Origin: a virus
Length of the DNA stretch: 64,000 bases
Reading direction: 5' to 3' (one strand)
IMG/VR virus record: IMGVR_UViG_3300043313_002348
Location: 18,915-82,914 of that record
Made by a program: the position numbers and the translations under genes. Each line of letters opens with the position of its first letter. Positions within the stretch are counted from its first letter, which is position 1. Under the pieces are notes generated by a model, which did not search any database, was not told where the DNA came from, and was given only the letters and a program-made list of their open reading frames with translations. Positions 19,120 through 28,985 of this stretch are shown here, piece by piece.

Positions 19120-20061
19120 ATGGGCGCAGTTGACTTCAGTACCCTGCTCCAGCAGGCGAAGACCGTTTCCTTCGACGCGCTACCGAAGGCCGACTACACG
19201 ATCCAGATCGTGGAGTCGGAGGCCACCAGCACGCAGGGTGGCAAGGACATGATCAAGGTGAAGGGTGCGGTCGTCGGCGGGCCGTACAACGGTAAGAAGG
19301 TCTTCAACAACTTCGTCCTCTCCCCGGAGTCGGACGCGGCGCTCGCGATCTTCTTCCGCCAGATGGGTGCCCTCGGTGTGGACGAGGGAACGATCCTCCA
19401 GTGCTCTGGCGACGGAGGCATGGCCCGCTTGGCCGCCCTCCTGCAGAACCGCACGGCCGTGTGGTCTCTCGACACCCGCGAGTGGGGTGGCACCACGCGC
19501 AACGAGGTCAAGGCGATCAAACCGCTGCCCGCGGGTTCGGGTGCGCCGCCGGTCGCGGGACTTCCAGCCCCCACACCCGCGGCTCCCACCGGGATTCCGG
19601 CGGCGCTTCCGGGACTCCCCGGAATGCCGCAAGCGTCGCCGACCCCGACCGGCTTCGCCTCACCCACGGGTCTTCCGGGTCTCCCAGGTACTCCCGCCGC
19701 TCCCACCGCGGCGAACGGCGCCGCGACACCGCCTCCCGCACTCCCGGGTATGCCGGCGCTCGCCGGGATCCCACCGCAGGCGACGCAGCCGGATCCCGCC
19801 GCGCCGCAGGTGATCGCACAGCCTCAACCCACTCAGGTGGTCGCACCTCAGGTGCCGGCGCAGCCGGTCACGCCACCCGCGCCGGCGGCGCTGGTGCCCA
19901 TCGCGGTACCACCGGCGGGCTACGAGGCCTACGCCGCGCAGTGGCCAACCTTCACCCCGGAGCAGCAGCACCAGGTGTACCAGGCTGCCGGCGTCCCGGT
20001 ACCGGCGTCGGAGGTTCCGGCGCCACCCGCCACACCCGCACCACCCCCACTCCCGTTCTAA
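19120..20061 (+). CDS. DUF669-like single-stranded DNA-binding protein with a long Pro/Ala-rich tail
   Basis: FDALPKADY, GPYNGKKVFNN, RNEVK; located after the Sak4-like gene; ends PPPLPF. Confidence 0.7.
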   Translation: MGAVDFSTLLQQAKTVSFDALPKADYTIQIVESEATSTQGGKDMIKVKGAVVGGPYNGKKVFNNFVLSPESDAALAIFFRQMGALGVDEGTILQCSGDGGMARLAALLQNRTAVWSLDTREWGGTTRNEVKAIKPLPAGSGAPPVAGLPAPTPAAPTGIPAALPGLPGMPQASPTPTGFASPTGLPGLPGTPAAPTAANGAATPPPALPGMPALAGIPPQATQPDPAAPQVIAQPQPTQVVAPQVPAQPVTPPAPAALVPIAVPPAGYEAYAAQWPTFTPEQQHQVYQAAGVPVPASEVPAPPATPAPPPLPF

Positions 20062-20147
20062 CGTCCCTCGTTCGTCGACTAGGTCGGGTGACGGAACCGT
20101 GACGCCGGGTGCCGTCACCTGATCACTTACTAAGATAAGGAGTTCAC

Positions 20148-21515
20148 GTGCGCGTCGGGTACGCTAAGCTCGGGCAGCGCATCGCGCTCGGTGCGGGAGA
20201 CGACTGGTCCTCGATCGGCAGCGACCGCGACGAACCTACCGTCCTGCGGCAACTCGCGCAGCGCAACCCGCATCACGAGTTCGTACTCGTAGGAATGAAC
20301 ACGGGACCTCCTCTCGCCGACCTCGGATTTCCCTCGAACATCGTGAATCCGTGGGAGGAAGGTCTCCGCGGCGAGGTACGTGATGGTCTCGCCGTGGTGA
20401 GGCGTCAACACATGAACGGCGCTAAGGGTCTCACGCCCACTGGCCGGAACGAGGTCATTAGGCTGTACGACAACCTCACGGCACACCTCTTCAAGGGTCT
20501 CGACGCTCTTGTGATCTGGGCGGGAACGCACGGCACCTCGAACTCACCTATGCCGGGTATCGTGAAGAGTACGCGCGGACGCTGGACCTATCCGCAAGAT
20601 CAGTACGTCACGTACGGCGCGTACCTCCTGCGTGGCATAAGCGTCTGGCGTGAACCTGATCCCCTCGGCCGAGAGGAGATCTGGCTCTGCCCCGACGCGC
20701 GTAACATACTTAAACATCACGACGCGAAGTGGCCTCGTCGTCACCCCGTCCTCGGCCAGTTTAACCTCCGCTACCGCTCGGTGTGCTGCCGTTACGGGGA
20801 CGAACGTGAACCCGAGGCCTGTGGCTTCCCAGACGCGCGGTGGCACTCCGGACGTGATTACTGGGTCGCTACTGACACGTATGTCGGCTCGACGTTGGAG
20901 ATCTGCGGGGTACACCCGGGAAGTTTTGAGGGTGGCTACGCGTGGCATGACCGCTGCCGGTTCGGCATGTTCGTCAACGAAGCCGGGACGAACGTGCCGG
21001 ATTACCTGAGCCGCAAGGTGGCCCTGCGTGACTGGGTACTCCCACTCGGCTACGACTGGCTTCACGGAAACTGGACCACGCGATCACTTACCGAACTGGG
21101 TGTGAGCATCGAACCCGCGCCTACCGCGGACTACTACCCCATCCTCTGCTCCGCGCGGTCGACGTTCACCACGCCGTCGTCCGGGTCGGGGTGGGCGACC
21201 GCGAAGCCGTGGGAGGCGTTCGGCGTCCGCACCGTCTGCTTCTTTCATCCCGAGTACGATACCCAGGGTCACATTATTCCGACACTCGCGCAGGTCGAGG
21301 CGGGTACAGTGGAAGACGTCGAGCTCGCGCACCTCGCGCGCTGGCTTCGGGTCAGCACGCCCGAGCAGCTACGCGAGCGGGTCGACTGGGTCAACCGGGA
21401 TGAAGGTGTGTGGTCCTGGCTCACTCAAGCACAGTACAATCTGTTCAGGCGTACGTACGACGCGCGGCCTTACCTGAGGAAGATCGAGGAGAGAATTAGT
21501 GGGAAAGCATCGTGA
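20148..21515 (+). CDS. putative GT-B glycosyltransferase (DNA-modifying candidate)
   Basis: MRVGYAKLG N-terminus, DARN, GWATAKPWEAF..VCFFHPEYD; sugar-nucleotide gene context. Confidence 0.55.
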   Translation: MRVGYAKLGQRIALGAGDDWSSIGSDRDEPTVLRQLAQRNPHHEFVLVGMNTGPPLADLGFPSNIVNPWEEGLRGEVRDGLAVVRRQHMNGAKGLTPTGRNEVIRLYDNLTAHLFKGLDALVIWAGTHGTSNSPMPGIVKSTRGRWTYPQDQYVTYGAYLLRGISVWREPDPLGREEIWLCPDARNILKHHDAKWPRRHPVLGQFNLRYRSVCCRYGDEREPEACGFPDARWHSGRDYWVATDTYVGSTLEICGVHPGSFEGGYAWHDRCRFGMFVNEAGTNVPDYLSRKVALRDWVLPLGYDWLHGNWTTRSLTELGVSIEPAPTADYYPILCSARSTFTTPSSGSGWATAKPWEAFGVRTVCFFHPEYDTQGHIIPTLAQVEAGTVEDVELAHLARWLRVSTPEQLRERVDWVNRDEGVWSWLTQAQYNLFRRTYDARPYLRKIEERISGKAS

Positions 21516-22656
21516 TAGTTCGTTGAAGTTCGCGCTGATCACCACCACCGTTCACGTGCCGAAGAACCTTCACGCGTGGACAGCGTTCTTGCGTGACGGA
21601 GATCTGATCGTGGTTGCCGGGGACCTGAAGACACCTCACGAGGAGGTTATCGCACTCCTCGACGACGTCACGCGACCTCATCCGAAACTCACGGCTCGCT
21701 ACCTCAGTCCTACGCGTCAAGATACCATGTACCCGCTGCTGTCGGAACTCACCGGGTGGAACACGATCCAGCGGCGGAACTTCGCCACACTCTACGCTCT
21801 TCAGCTAGGTGCTGACGTCATCATCACCGTGGATGACGACAACTGGCCTACCACTGACGCCCTCGACCACGCCGACGAGTTCCGCGCCCAGTTCACCGAC
21901 GACGCCGTCGTACCACTCCTCGACGGCGGTGACTGGTACAACCCGTGTCACGTCTTACTCGTTCAAGGTCCGACCGAGCTCATTCAAGGTGCACCTCAGT
22001 TTAGGCGGCTCTGGCACCGCGGGTTCCCGCGCTGGCTACGTGAGTCGTACGTGCCGGTGGTCTACCCGATCACGCCAGATCCATATCTGGAGACGGGACG
22101 TGTCGGCGTCGTCGCCTCACTCTGGCTCGGCGACCCGGACGTCGACGCGCTGGACCGACACCCGGTTGCACTCCGCGTCAACTACAACTCGATTCCCGAA
22201 ACCGACCGAAACGTCACGATCAACTCGCGAACCACGTGGGCCCCGTTCAACTCGCAGGCTACCGCGTTCCGCGCCGAGCTCGCACCTGCCCTACTCTACT
22301 GGCCACACGTGGGTCGGTACGACGACATCTGGGCGTCGTTCATCGCGCAGAAGATCATGTCGACCTACGACCTCCACGTGTCGTTCGGACACCCGGTCGT
22401 GGAGCAGCAGCGAGGTGAACACACCGAACGTGACTTCACCGCGTTCCTGAACGACCTCGAGAACGAGATCTTCGGCATGAGGCACAACCGCGAGGTGGTC
22501 GAGGCGATCCGCACCTGGACCGCCGACCCGACGTTGAGCATTCTCGAGAACACCGAGCGGCTGTTCTACCACGTCGCCACGACGTGCGACTTCATACCTG
22601 ACTCGACGGTCAAGATCTTCGACGAGTGGCTGCGAATCTTCAAGGCGCTGTCGTGA
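21499..22656 (+). CDS. RGP/UDP-arabinopyranose mutase- or STELLO-like GT-A protein
   Basis: VVAGDLKTP, RRNFA, TVDDDN, HRGFP, LWLGDPDVDA, PFNSQAT, GRYDDIWASFIAQ. Confidence 0.7.
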   Translation: MGKHRDSSLKFALITTTVHVPKNLHAWTAFLRDGDLIVVAGDLKTPHEEVIALLDDVTRPHPKLTARYLSPTRQDTMYPLLSELTGWNTIQRRNFATLYALQLGADVIITVDDDNWPTTDALDHADEFRAQFTDDAVVPLLDGGDWYNPCHVLLVQGPTELIQGAPQFRRLWHRGFPRWLRESYVPVVYPITPDPYLETGRVGVVASLWLGDPDVDALDRHPVALRVNYNSIPETDRNVTINSRTTWAPFNSQATAFRAELAPALLYWPHVGRYDDIWASFIAQKIMSTYDLHVSFGHPVVEQQRGEHTERDFTAFLNDLENEIFGMRHNREVVEAIRTWTADPTLSILENTERLFYHVATTCDFIPDSTVKIFDEWLRIFKALS

Positions 22657-23570
22657 TGAGGGCCGTCGTCACAGGTGATCTCGGGTTCCTAGGTCGTCAC
22701 TTCACACGTAAGTTGAAGGCGTGTGGTTTCGACGTCCTCGGCGTGGACGTCAAGCGTGGTGGCATGCGGACGAACGACTGCCGCTACCTCTTCAACACGT
22801 CGACGGACCGGTACGACCTCGCGATCCACGCCGCCGCGGTGGTCGGAGGTCGTGAGGCCATCGAGGGGAGACCCCTCGACCTCACCGTGAACTTCGACCT
22901 CGACCTCGCGTATATGAGGTGGTTGTTAGCCACGCGTCCTCGCCACGCGGTGTACTTCTCGTCGTCGGCGGTCTACCCGATCACGCTGCAAGACACCGAC
23001 CTCGTACCGCGACAACTCTGGGAACACGACCTTAACACGGTGAAGTACGTGGGTGTGCCGGACGAGATCTACGGGTGGACGAAGCTGGTCGGCGAGGAGC
23101 TCATGCGCCGCGTACGCGACGCCGGGGTCGACGTCACGGTGGTGCGACCGTTCAGCGGCTACGGCGCGGATCAAGATCTCACGTACCCGTTTCCTACGTT
23201 CATCCGGCGCGGACTTGCCTGCGCCGCGGATCCGGAGTTACCCTTCGACGTATGGGGACCGGGAACTCAGGTACGCGACTTCGTTCACGTCGACGACGTG
23301 GTAGCAGCGACCCTCAACGCCGTCGCACGTCCCGACGTGCAGGTGACCAACGTCTGCACCGGGATCGCCACGAGCTTCGTCGACCTCGCGCGCGAGGTTC
23401 TCAAGCAGGTGGCTCCCACACGGGAGCCAAACCGGATCGTAACCCACCCCGCTAAGCCTACCGGCGTCGCGTACCGCGTCGGCTCTCCGCGGCAGATGTT
23501 CAAGTTCTACGCACCGAAAGTATCACTACCCGAGGGAATCACGAGTGCGCTGGAGGTAAGTCGTGGTTGA
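22656..23570 (+). CDS. NAD-dependent NDP-sugar epimerase/dehydratase
   Basis: TGDLGFLG, SSSAVY, YGWTK, RDFVHVDD. Confidence 0.9.
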   Translation: MRAVVTGDLGFLGRHFTRKLKACGFDVLGVDVKRGGMRTNDCRYLFNTSTDRYDLAIHAAAVVGGREAIEGRPLDLTVNFDLDLAYMRWLLATRPRHAVYFSSSAVYPITLQDTDLVPRQLWEHDLNTVKYVGVPDEIYGWTKLVGEELMRRVRDAGVDVTVVRPFSGYGADQDLTYPFPTFIRRGLACAADPELPFDVWGPGTQVRDFVHVDDVVAATLNAVARPDVQVTNVCTGIATSFVDLAREVLKQVAPTREPNRIVTHPAKPTGVAYRVGSPRQMFKFYAPKVSLPEGITSALEVSRG

Positions 23571-24054
23571 GTTCGACGTCGTGGACCTATCCGATTCCGG
23601 TTGGCAGTGGCTCAAGTCCACCGCGGACCTCCAGCGCGACACGTACGGGTACGACCTCCCGATGCCACCTGGCGAGAAGATCGCCAACTACGCTGTGATG
23701 AATCACACCGCGGGTGTGAAGGAGTTCGGCGAGCTACTCGACGAGTTCGGGTGGAAGCCGTGGGCGTCACCACGAGGCTGGTTCAACCGTGAGGCCGCAC
23801 TGAGTGAGGCCGTCGACGTCGCGCACTTCCTCGCGAACATACTCGTGGCGATCGGCGTCACCGACGAGGAGTGGGAACTCGCGTACCGAATGAAACAAGA
23901 GATGAACCGACGACGTCAGCGCGCTGGCTACACCGGCCGCGACAAGTGTCGCTCCTGCGGTCGCGCGTACGACGATCCCACCACACGCTGCCGGCTCGAC
24001 TCGGACTACTGCCAGGACGCGGCCACTCACGCGACGCGCAACACATTCGCCTAG
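23563..24054 (+). CDS. dimeric all-alpha dUTPase/dCTPase
   Basis: EFGELLDEFGWKPW, EAVDVAHFL, KQEMNRRRQ..GY. Confidence 0.8.
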   Translation: MVEFDVVDLSDSGWQWLKSTADLQRDTYGYDLPMPPGEKIANYAVMNHTAGVKEFGELLDEFGWKPWASPRGWFNREAALSEAVDVAHFLANILVAIGVTDEEWELAYRMKQEMNRRRQRAGYTGRDKCRSCGRAYDDPTTRCRLDSDYCQDAATHATRNTFA

Positions 24055-24097
24055 TACGGTTAGATCGACGACGAAAGCGCCTACTTGGGGGTCATCA

Positions 24098-25309
24098 GTG
24101 AGTCTTACGGCGATCGACTGCCAGGGCTTCGCCGGCGGGTTCACCCTAGGAACCGTCAAGGCGGGCTTCGAGCTGGTCGGTAAGCGTGAACACACCGGTG
24201 GCTTCGGTGTGAAGAACTGCGAGGTGAACCGCGCTCTTCTCGGTGACAACTGGTACTCGCAAGCAGGTGAGGCATACACCTGGCATCCTATGTCTGTGGA
24301 CCTGGTGTTTGGCAACCCGCCGTGCTCCGGCTTCTCCGTGATGTCCAACAAGGACTTTCGCGGCATGAACTCAAAGATTAACTCGTGTATGTGGGACTTC
24401 TCCGGGTTCGCGGCGCGCTGCCGGCCACCTATCGCGATCTTCGAGTCTGTGCAGGCGGCGTACAAGCAGGGTCGTGATCTCATGGTCGCGCTGCGCGCCA
24501 ACCTCGAGGAGCGGACCGGACTTCGCTACGACCTGTATCACGTGCTTCACAACGCGACGACGCTAGGTGGCCCGGCTGTGCGGCGTCGATACTTCTGGGT
24601 TGTCTCGGCGATCCCGTTCGGTGTGGAGTATCCCGAGCGTCGTCCCCCGATCCTGCGTGAGGTGATCGGCGACCTACTCGACACGCCACTCACGTGGACG
24701 AGTCAGCCGTACCGGAACCCCCCGACGTGGTGGTCCGAGCGCGTGCGTACGACTACGGGTACGGTCGACGGGCACACTTACGCCGACGTTCCGTACGTCC
24801 GGCGCGCGCTCGATCTCCTCGAGCAACTGGGCGGTTGGCCCGAAGGATCACATATTGGCGCGGAGGCGAAGCGTGCGTGGGAACGTGACGGTAAGCTCCC
24901 ACCGTCGTGGGATCACATCTGCGCTAAGTTGGTCGAAAATAAGTTTGAGATGGGATACACAACACTCACCCGCTGGCGTTGGAACACGCCAGGTCGTGTG
25001 ATCACGGGTGGTGCGATGCAGCTCGCGATGCACCCACTCGAGAACCGAACGTTTACCCACCGCGAGGTCGCCCGCATCATGGGGTTCCCGGACACCTGGC
25101 GGATCCTTCCACTTCGCGGGACTCCAGGTCTGGGTATGACGTGGGGTAAGGGCATCACGGTGACCTGCGGGGAGTGGATCGCGGGTCTCGCACGGCGCGC
25201 GCTAGCGGGACGACCGGCATCTTACCGTGGGAAGTTGATCGGGGATCGCGAGTACGAGGTGGACGAGATCTCCGCACGGCAGTTTGCTCGTAGTCACGTA
25301 GCCTGCTAG
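24098..25309 (+). CDS. DNA (cytosine-5)-methyltransferase
   Basis: FAGGFTLG (motif I), GNPPCSGFS (IV), ESV (VI), RRRYF (VIII), HP..NRTFTHREVARIMGFPD (IX). Confidence 0.85.
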   Translation: MSLTAIDCQGFAGGFTLGTVKAGFELVGKREHTGGFGVKNCEVNRALLGDNWYSQAGEAYTWHPMSVDLVFGNPPCSGFSVMSNKDFRGMNSKINSCMWDFSGFAARCRPPIAIFESVQAAYKQGRDLMVALRANLEERTGLRYDLYHVLHNATTLGGPAVRRRYFWVVSAIPFGVEYPERRPPILREVIGDLLDTPLTWTSQPYRNPPTWWSERVRTTTGTVDGHTYADVPYVRRALDLLEQLGGWPEGSHIGAEAKRAWERDGKLPPSWDHICAKLVENKFEMGYTTLTRWRWNTPGRVITGGAMQLAMHPLENRTFTHREVARIMGFPDTWRILPLRGTPGLGMTWGKGITVTCGEWIAGLARRALAGRPASYRGKLIGDREYEVDEISARQFARSHVAC

Positions 25310-25350
25310 AGTTGACGCTGTTACCACGAACACCGAGAGAAGGGAACCCG

Positions 25351-25704
25351 ATGAGCGAGACCACGATCGAGGCCACCGACGTGGCTACCGACGAGACCAA
25401 CGACGGCGCCGGACGAGGTCGACCGGGACGTCCGCGCTCCCAGGATACGCTGACCCGCGACGCGGTCGTGCAAAACGCGATCGCGCAGGGTGGGAAGACG
25501 AAGTCCGAGCTCGTCGCGGAGACGGGTCTCACCGCGAACGCCGTCTACCTGTCCCTGTTCCGGCTCAAGCGTGACCGCGTCATCGCGAAGACCTCCGTCG
25601 AGGGTCGCGGTCCGCACGTGTGGTACGCCGTCGGCTCGACGCCGGCACCGGCGCCGGAGCCGGCCAGCACGCAGGGCGTGGACGGTGACGTCGTCGACGA
25701 GTGA
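25351..25704 (+). CDS. wHTH DNA-binding protein with an AT-hook-like GRPGRPR
   Basis: TKSELVAETGLTANAVYLSLFRL; RBS before the ATG at 25351. Confidence 0.65.
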   Translation: MSETTIEATDVATDETNDGAGRGRPGRPRSQDTLTRDAVVQNAIAQGGKTKSELVAETGLTANAVYLSLFRLKRDRVIAKTSVEGRGPHVWYAVGSTPAPAPEPASTQGVDGDVVDE

Positions 25705-25724
25705 TCGTCAAGTTCACACCGACC

Positions 25725-25773
25725 GACGACCCGCGCGACGTCCCCCCCGTCCGCGCGGGTCGTCTCGTTTTTT
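25725..25773 (+). terminator. intrinsic terminator
   Basis: GACGACCCGCGCG / CGCGCGGGTCGTC stem followed by a T-run. Confidence 0.8.
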
Positions 25774-25807
25774 CCTGAAAAATCTTGGGCAAACCTAGGC
25801 AAACCTG

Positions 25808-25870
25808 TAGCTCGATCACATTAATCCTGCTAGAGTAGACGTATCAGGAACGAACGAGAACGAGGAAGGG
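25808..25870 (+). promoter_or_regulatory. cassette promoter with leader motif
   Basis: TAGCTC-17-TAGAGT (TG extension), then CAGGAACGAACGAG. Confidence 0.65.
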
Positions 25871-25877
25871 AACCACG

Positions 25878-26246
25878 ATGATAGCCACCACGATCACGCA
25901 CATAGCGGACATGAAGATCGACGTCAACGGCACCGAGCACGTCGTCGACCTGAAGATCACCGACATTCCGCGAGACGAGCGTCGCCAGACCGGTCGCGCG
26001 TACGTGTGGCTGAACGACAAGTTGAGCGCCCAGTTGGGCACTCCGCCTGACGACTTCACGTCAGCGGCGTGGCGTAGGTACCACCGCGCAATGATCAAGT
26101 TGATGAACGAGGTGCTGCAGGGCACGTGGAATCACGACGTTCCGCTGGTCGCGTCGTTCTCCCGCACAGCGGGTTGTTCCTGTGGCTGCTCTCCCGGGTT
26201 CCGCCTCCCGAACCAGCACGTCGACATCTACGTGAGTGTTAAGTAA
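25878..26246 (+). CDS. hypothetical protein (FSRTAGCSCGCSPGF motif)
   Basis: Promoter and RBS upstream; recurrent phage Cys motif. Confidence 0.65.
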   Translation: MIATTITHIADMKIDVNGTEHVVDLKITDIPRDERRQTGRAYVWLNDKLSAQLGTPPDDFTSAAWRRYHRAMIKLMNEVLQGTWNHDVPLVASFSRTAGCSCGCSPGFRLPNQHVDIYVSVK

Positions 26247-26283
26247 CCCACCAGGCCGTCGAGATCCTCTGAGAGGAGTAACC

Positions 26284-26520
26284 GTGCTGTACCAGGTGTT
26301 GGAACGCGCGCGTGAGGGTACCTCCTACTGGCACGTCTCTCTGGGCCTCGGTGGGATACCTGCCGAGCTTCACGACCAGACCGTCGTCACGATCCGGGAG
26401 GCGAACGGTAGGCTTGGGTGGACGAAGTACATGATCATTGGCGACAACCTCGGCTACGAGGCCTGCCTGCGGGCCGACGAAGACGACAGGGCGAGAATGG
26501 GAGTGAGGAGGGTTCGGTAG
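26284..26520 (+). CDS. hypothetical protein
   Basis: GAGGAG RBS before the GTG. Confidence 0.5.
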   Translation: MLYQVLERAREGTSYWHVSLGLGGIPAELHDQTVVTIREANGRLGWTKYMIIGDNLGYEACLRADEDDRARMGVRRVR

Positions 26521-27013
26521 TGAATCTCTTCAGGCTGTTCCATCACTGGCCTGAGCTGTTGTTTGTGATCACGGCAGGCTTCGTCGTCGGCTGCGTCATG
26601 TACTGGTTGAGTAGGTAAGAGTCAACGTCGAAGGAGGAAGCAGATGTCCACTACCCGTAAGCCCATGGGTGTGAAGGCTGCCGCCCGAATCCAGGCGCAG
26701 CGGCGGACGCGACACGCCGCGCGGCGCGCCGTCCGGACACTGGGTCGGTCGTTCACGCCGCGGGTGTCGCGACGTGGTCGCACCACGATGATGTGATGTC
26801 TCCTTTACGGAGATCGCCTCGGTGTCGGTTCTGCGGGTCGCGAAGGCATAACCTTGAGACCTGCGAGTCGTACCGTGAGTACACCGAGCTCTTCAGTGGA
26901 ACGGTGACGGCCGAGGAACTCGAGGCTCACGCCACTGACCGGTGGGAGTGGCCCGGACCTCACCGCCTACGGTGGGAGGGGATCACGTGCATGTTTAGGG
27001 AGAGGGGAGAGTA

Positions 27014-27316
27014 GTGACCGCAGAGGTACCGACGATCGACTGGTCACAGCCGCTGACACGCGCGGACGCGCGGGGGTGGGTTGCCGCCGCTCTCGACTGG
27101 TCACATGAGAACGAACTCGCGTTCAACGTCCAGATCACACCTGAGCTTCGTCGCGAGATGCTGACGTACGCGCTCGACCGGGCGGAGGTGGTGCGCTTAG
27201 AGTGGGTTAAGATGCGTAGCACGCGACCGGCGGTCGACCGCCTCCGCGTACTTGGTACCGTCGGCTTACTTAAGTCCACGCTCGTCGAGATGATGATCAC
27301 TACTCCGGAGGAGTGA
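27014..27316 (+). CDS. hypothetical protein
   Basis: GGAGAG RBS. Confidence 0.55.
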   Translation: MTAEVPTIDWSQPLTRADARGWVAAALDWSHENELAFNVQITPELRREMLTYALDRAEVVRLEWVKMRSTRPAVDRLRVLGTVGLLKSTLVEMMITTPEE

Positions 27317-27365
27317 AGATCGGGGGTGTCCACCCGCGTACGTGACTGGTCTCCGTGCGCGGGTG

Positions 27366-27412
27366 TAGACACCGAACCTGAGCTCCTGATATAATCACTA
27401 CATCAGGAACGT
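27366..27412 (+). promoter_or_regulatory. cassette promoter
   Basis: TAGACA...TGATATAAT, then CAGGAACG. Confidence 0.65.
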
Positions 27413-27437
27413 AGGGGAGCGGACGAGCGGAGGAACG

Positions 27438-27665
27438 ATGGTTAAGCAAGTTGACGAGGTTGACGGCGCGTTCGTGCATCCACTCGGGTTCATCTTTACG
27501 GTTGTGGGTGACGTCGCGCTGGTCACCGCGTGGGGTCACACCACGGCGTTAACCCGCGCCGAAGCCCGCGAGTGGTGGTCCGTCGCGAACGAGACCGCAC
27601 GTTACTGGAAGTTAACGGGTGTTCAGGTGAACCTGACGTCCGCTGATCACATTGGGAGGTACTGA
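27438..27665 (+). CDS. hypothetical protein
   Basis: GGAGG RBS after the promoter. Confidence 0.55.
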   Translation: MVKQVDEVDGAFVHPLGFIFTVVGDVALVTAWGHTTALTRAEAREWWSVANETARYWKLTGVQVNLTSADHIGRY

Positions 27666-27666
27666 G

Positions 27667-27888
27667 ATGGGACTCATCTTTCGGAAGCGGATCAAGATCG
27701 GCCCATTCGCGCTGAACCTGTCGCACCGTGGTGCGTCGGTGTCCGCAGGCGCGGGACCGGTGAGTGTCAACAGCCGCACGCGGCGTGTTCGCGTGAACCT
27801 GCCGGGTCCGTTCGCCTGGACGTCCGGTAAGACGCGTTCGAGGCGGAATCGTTCATCGTCATCTCAGGATGGTGCTCCCGATGCCTGA
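27667..27888 (+). CDS. DUF4236-like protein
   Basis: MGLIFRKRIKIGPFALNLSHRGASVSAG signature. Confidence 0.7.
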   Translation: MGLIFRKRIKIGPFALNLSHRGASVSAGAGPVSVNSRTRRVRVNLPGPFAWTSGKTRSRRNRSSSSQDGAPDA

Positions 27889-28222
27889 GTCCACCACCGC
27901 ACTGGAATTGGCGCGCGACTTCGCCGCTGGCGACGTACCCAGCATCGGCACGGACGACGTGGCCGGTGTGCTCGCCACATACGACGCCGTGATCGCGGTA
28001 AGTGGGCGAGTCGAGTTCGTCGTGGACTGTCCTAAGTACGGCGAGCAGGCCAGCGCCGGCATCACCTTATTCACCGATTGGGTGCCCGGCGCCCCGCTGG
28101 TCATCGACATGGAGATGGCCGCCGCGCAGACGACATACACCTGCGGCGCCTGCGGCAACGAGTGTTACTCAGGTGACTACGACTTGTACTACGACGACGA
28201 ACACGAGGACATCGAGATTTAG
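27881..28222 (+). CDS. hypothetical protein with CxxC
   Basis: YTCGACG; acidic C-terminus. Confidence 0.5.
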   Translation: MPESTTALELARDFAAGDVPSIGTDDVAGVLATYDAVIAVSGRVEFVVDCPKYGEQASAGITLFTDWVPGAPLVIDMEMAAAQTTYTCGACGNECYSGDYDLYYDDEHEDIEI

Positions 28223-28277
28223 CCTCTCGGGTACCTTAGCGGCTACAACCCACCTAACGTGACCACGACTACGTACC

Positions 28278-28351
28278 GCCCCCTTAGCCCAGTTGGCAGA
28301 GGCAGAGGACTTAAAATCCTCACAGCGTGGGTTCAAGTCCCACAGGGGGCA
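28278..28351 (+). tRNA. tRNA-Leu, anticodon TAA, no encoded CCA
   Basis: Acceptor stem GCCCCCT/AGGGGGC; D-arm TAGCCCAGTTGGCAGAGGC; anticodon stem GAGGA/TCCTC with loop CTTAAAA; T-arm GTGGGTTCAAGTCCCAC. Confidence 0.92.
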
Positions 28352-28387
28352 CGAGGTAAGATCGGATCGAATCTTAGGAGATCAAGG

Positions 28388-28939
28388 TTGAATAAGTTAA
28401 GTCGGTTTGTCATTGTAGCGGCAGCGGGTCTAGGGATGCTACAGAGTGGAGGGTCAGTGATAACTAACGCTGCCCCGGTTCACACCAACTCGATCGGTAA
28501 CCTGGTTGACACAACGAGCACTCGCTGTGACGCAACTGGTGGTCACTGCGCACGTTTACACGTGGTCGTCCAGGAGATAATCGGTACCCAGGGAGACACT
28601 TGGTTCCGGTCGTTTGCCTCGATCACCTGCACCAGCGCTAGTGGGGATGTACCCTGTGCACATCTCCAGGGTAATACGTGGCTAAACTGCAACCGAGGTA
28701 CGCTACTGTGCATTCCCGACGGTACCGGCCAACCCAACGGTGGTGACACTGTCGACGGTCCGCCTATCAACTGCAGCAACTGCTCCGTATCCGGTACGGT
28801 GACTCCGTGGTACCACCACCCCAGTGGAAACGGTCAGACCTATCAGGGTGTCGGATCGTTCAGCTTCACTACCGGTGCTGTCGGTGGGGGAGGTCCTTGG
28901 GGGATCTCGGCGGCAACTGTCCAGTTCACTATCACGTAA
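28388..28939 (+). CDS. secreted Cys-rich protein (paralog of 34245-34763)
   Basis: TTG start after AGGAG; signal-peptide-like N-terminus; RCDATGGHCAR motif. Confidence 0.65.
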   Translation: MNKLSRFVIVAAAGLGMLQSGGSVITNAAPVHTNSIGNLVDTTSTRCDATGGHCARLHVVVQEIIGTQGDTWFRSFASITCTSASGDVPCAHLQGNTWLNCNRGTLLCIPDGTGQPNGGDTVDGPPINCSNCSVSGTVTPWYHHPSGNGQTYQGVGSFSFTTGAVGGGGPWGISAATVQFTIT

Positions 28940-28985
28940 GAAAATCGGATGTGACCACTAACCCGTGTGAGATGAAGGAGGAAGA

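Noticed and set aside
19520-20061. DNA repeat or array in the Pro/Ala-rich stretch
   Set aside because: Low-complexity coding tail of the DUF669-like protein; no fixed nucleotide period seen.
28259-28387. N-terminal extension of ORF 28259-28939
   Set aside because: It overlaps the tRNA; the RBS and signal peptide support a start at 28388.
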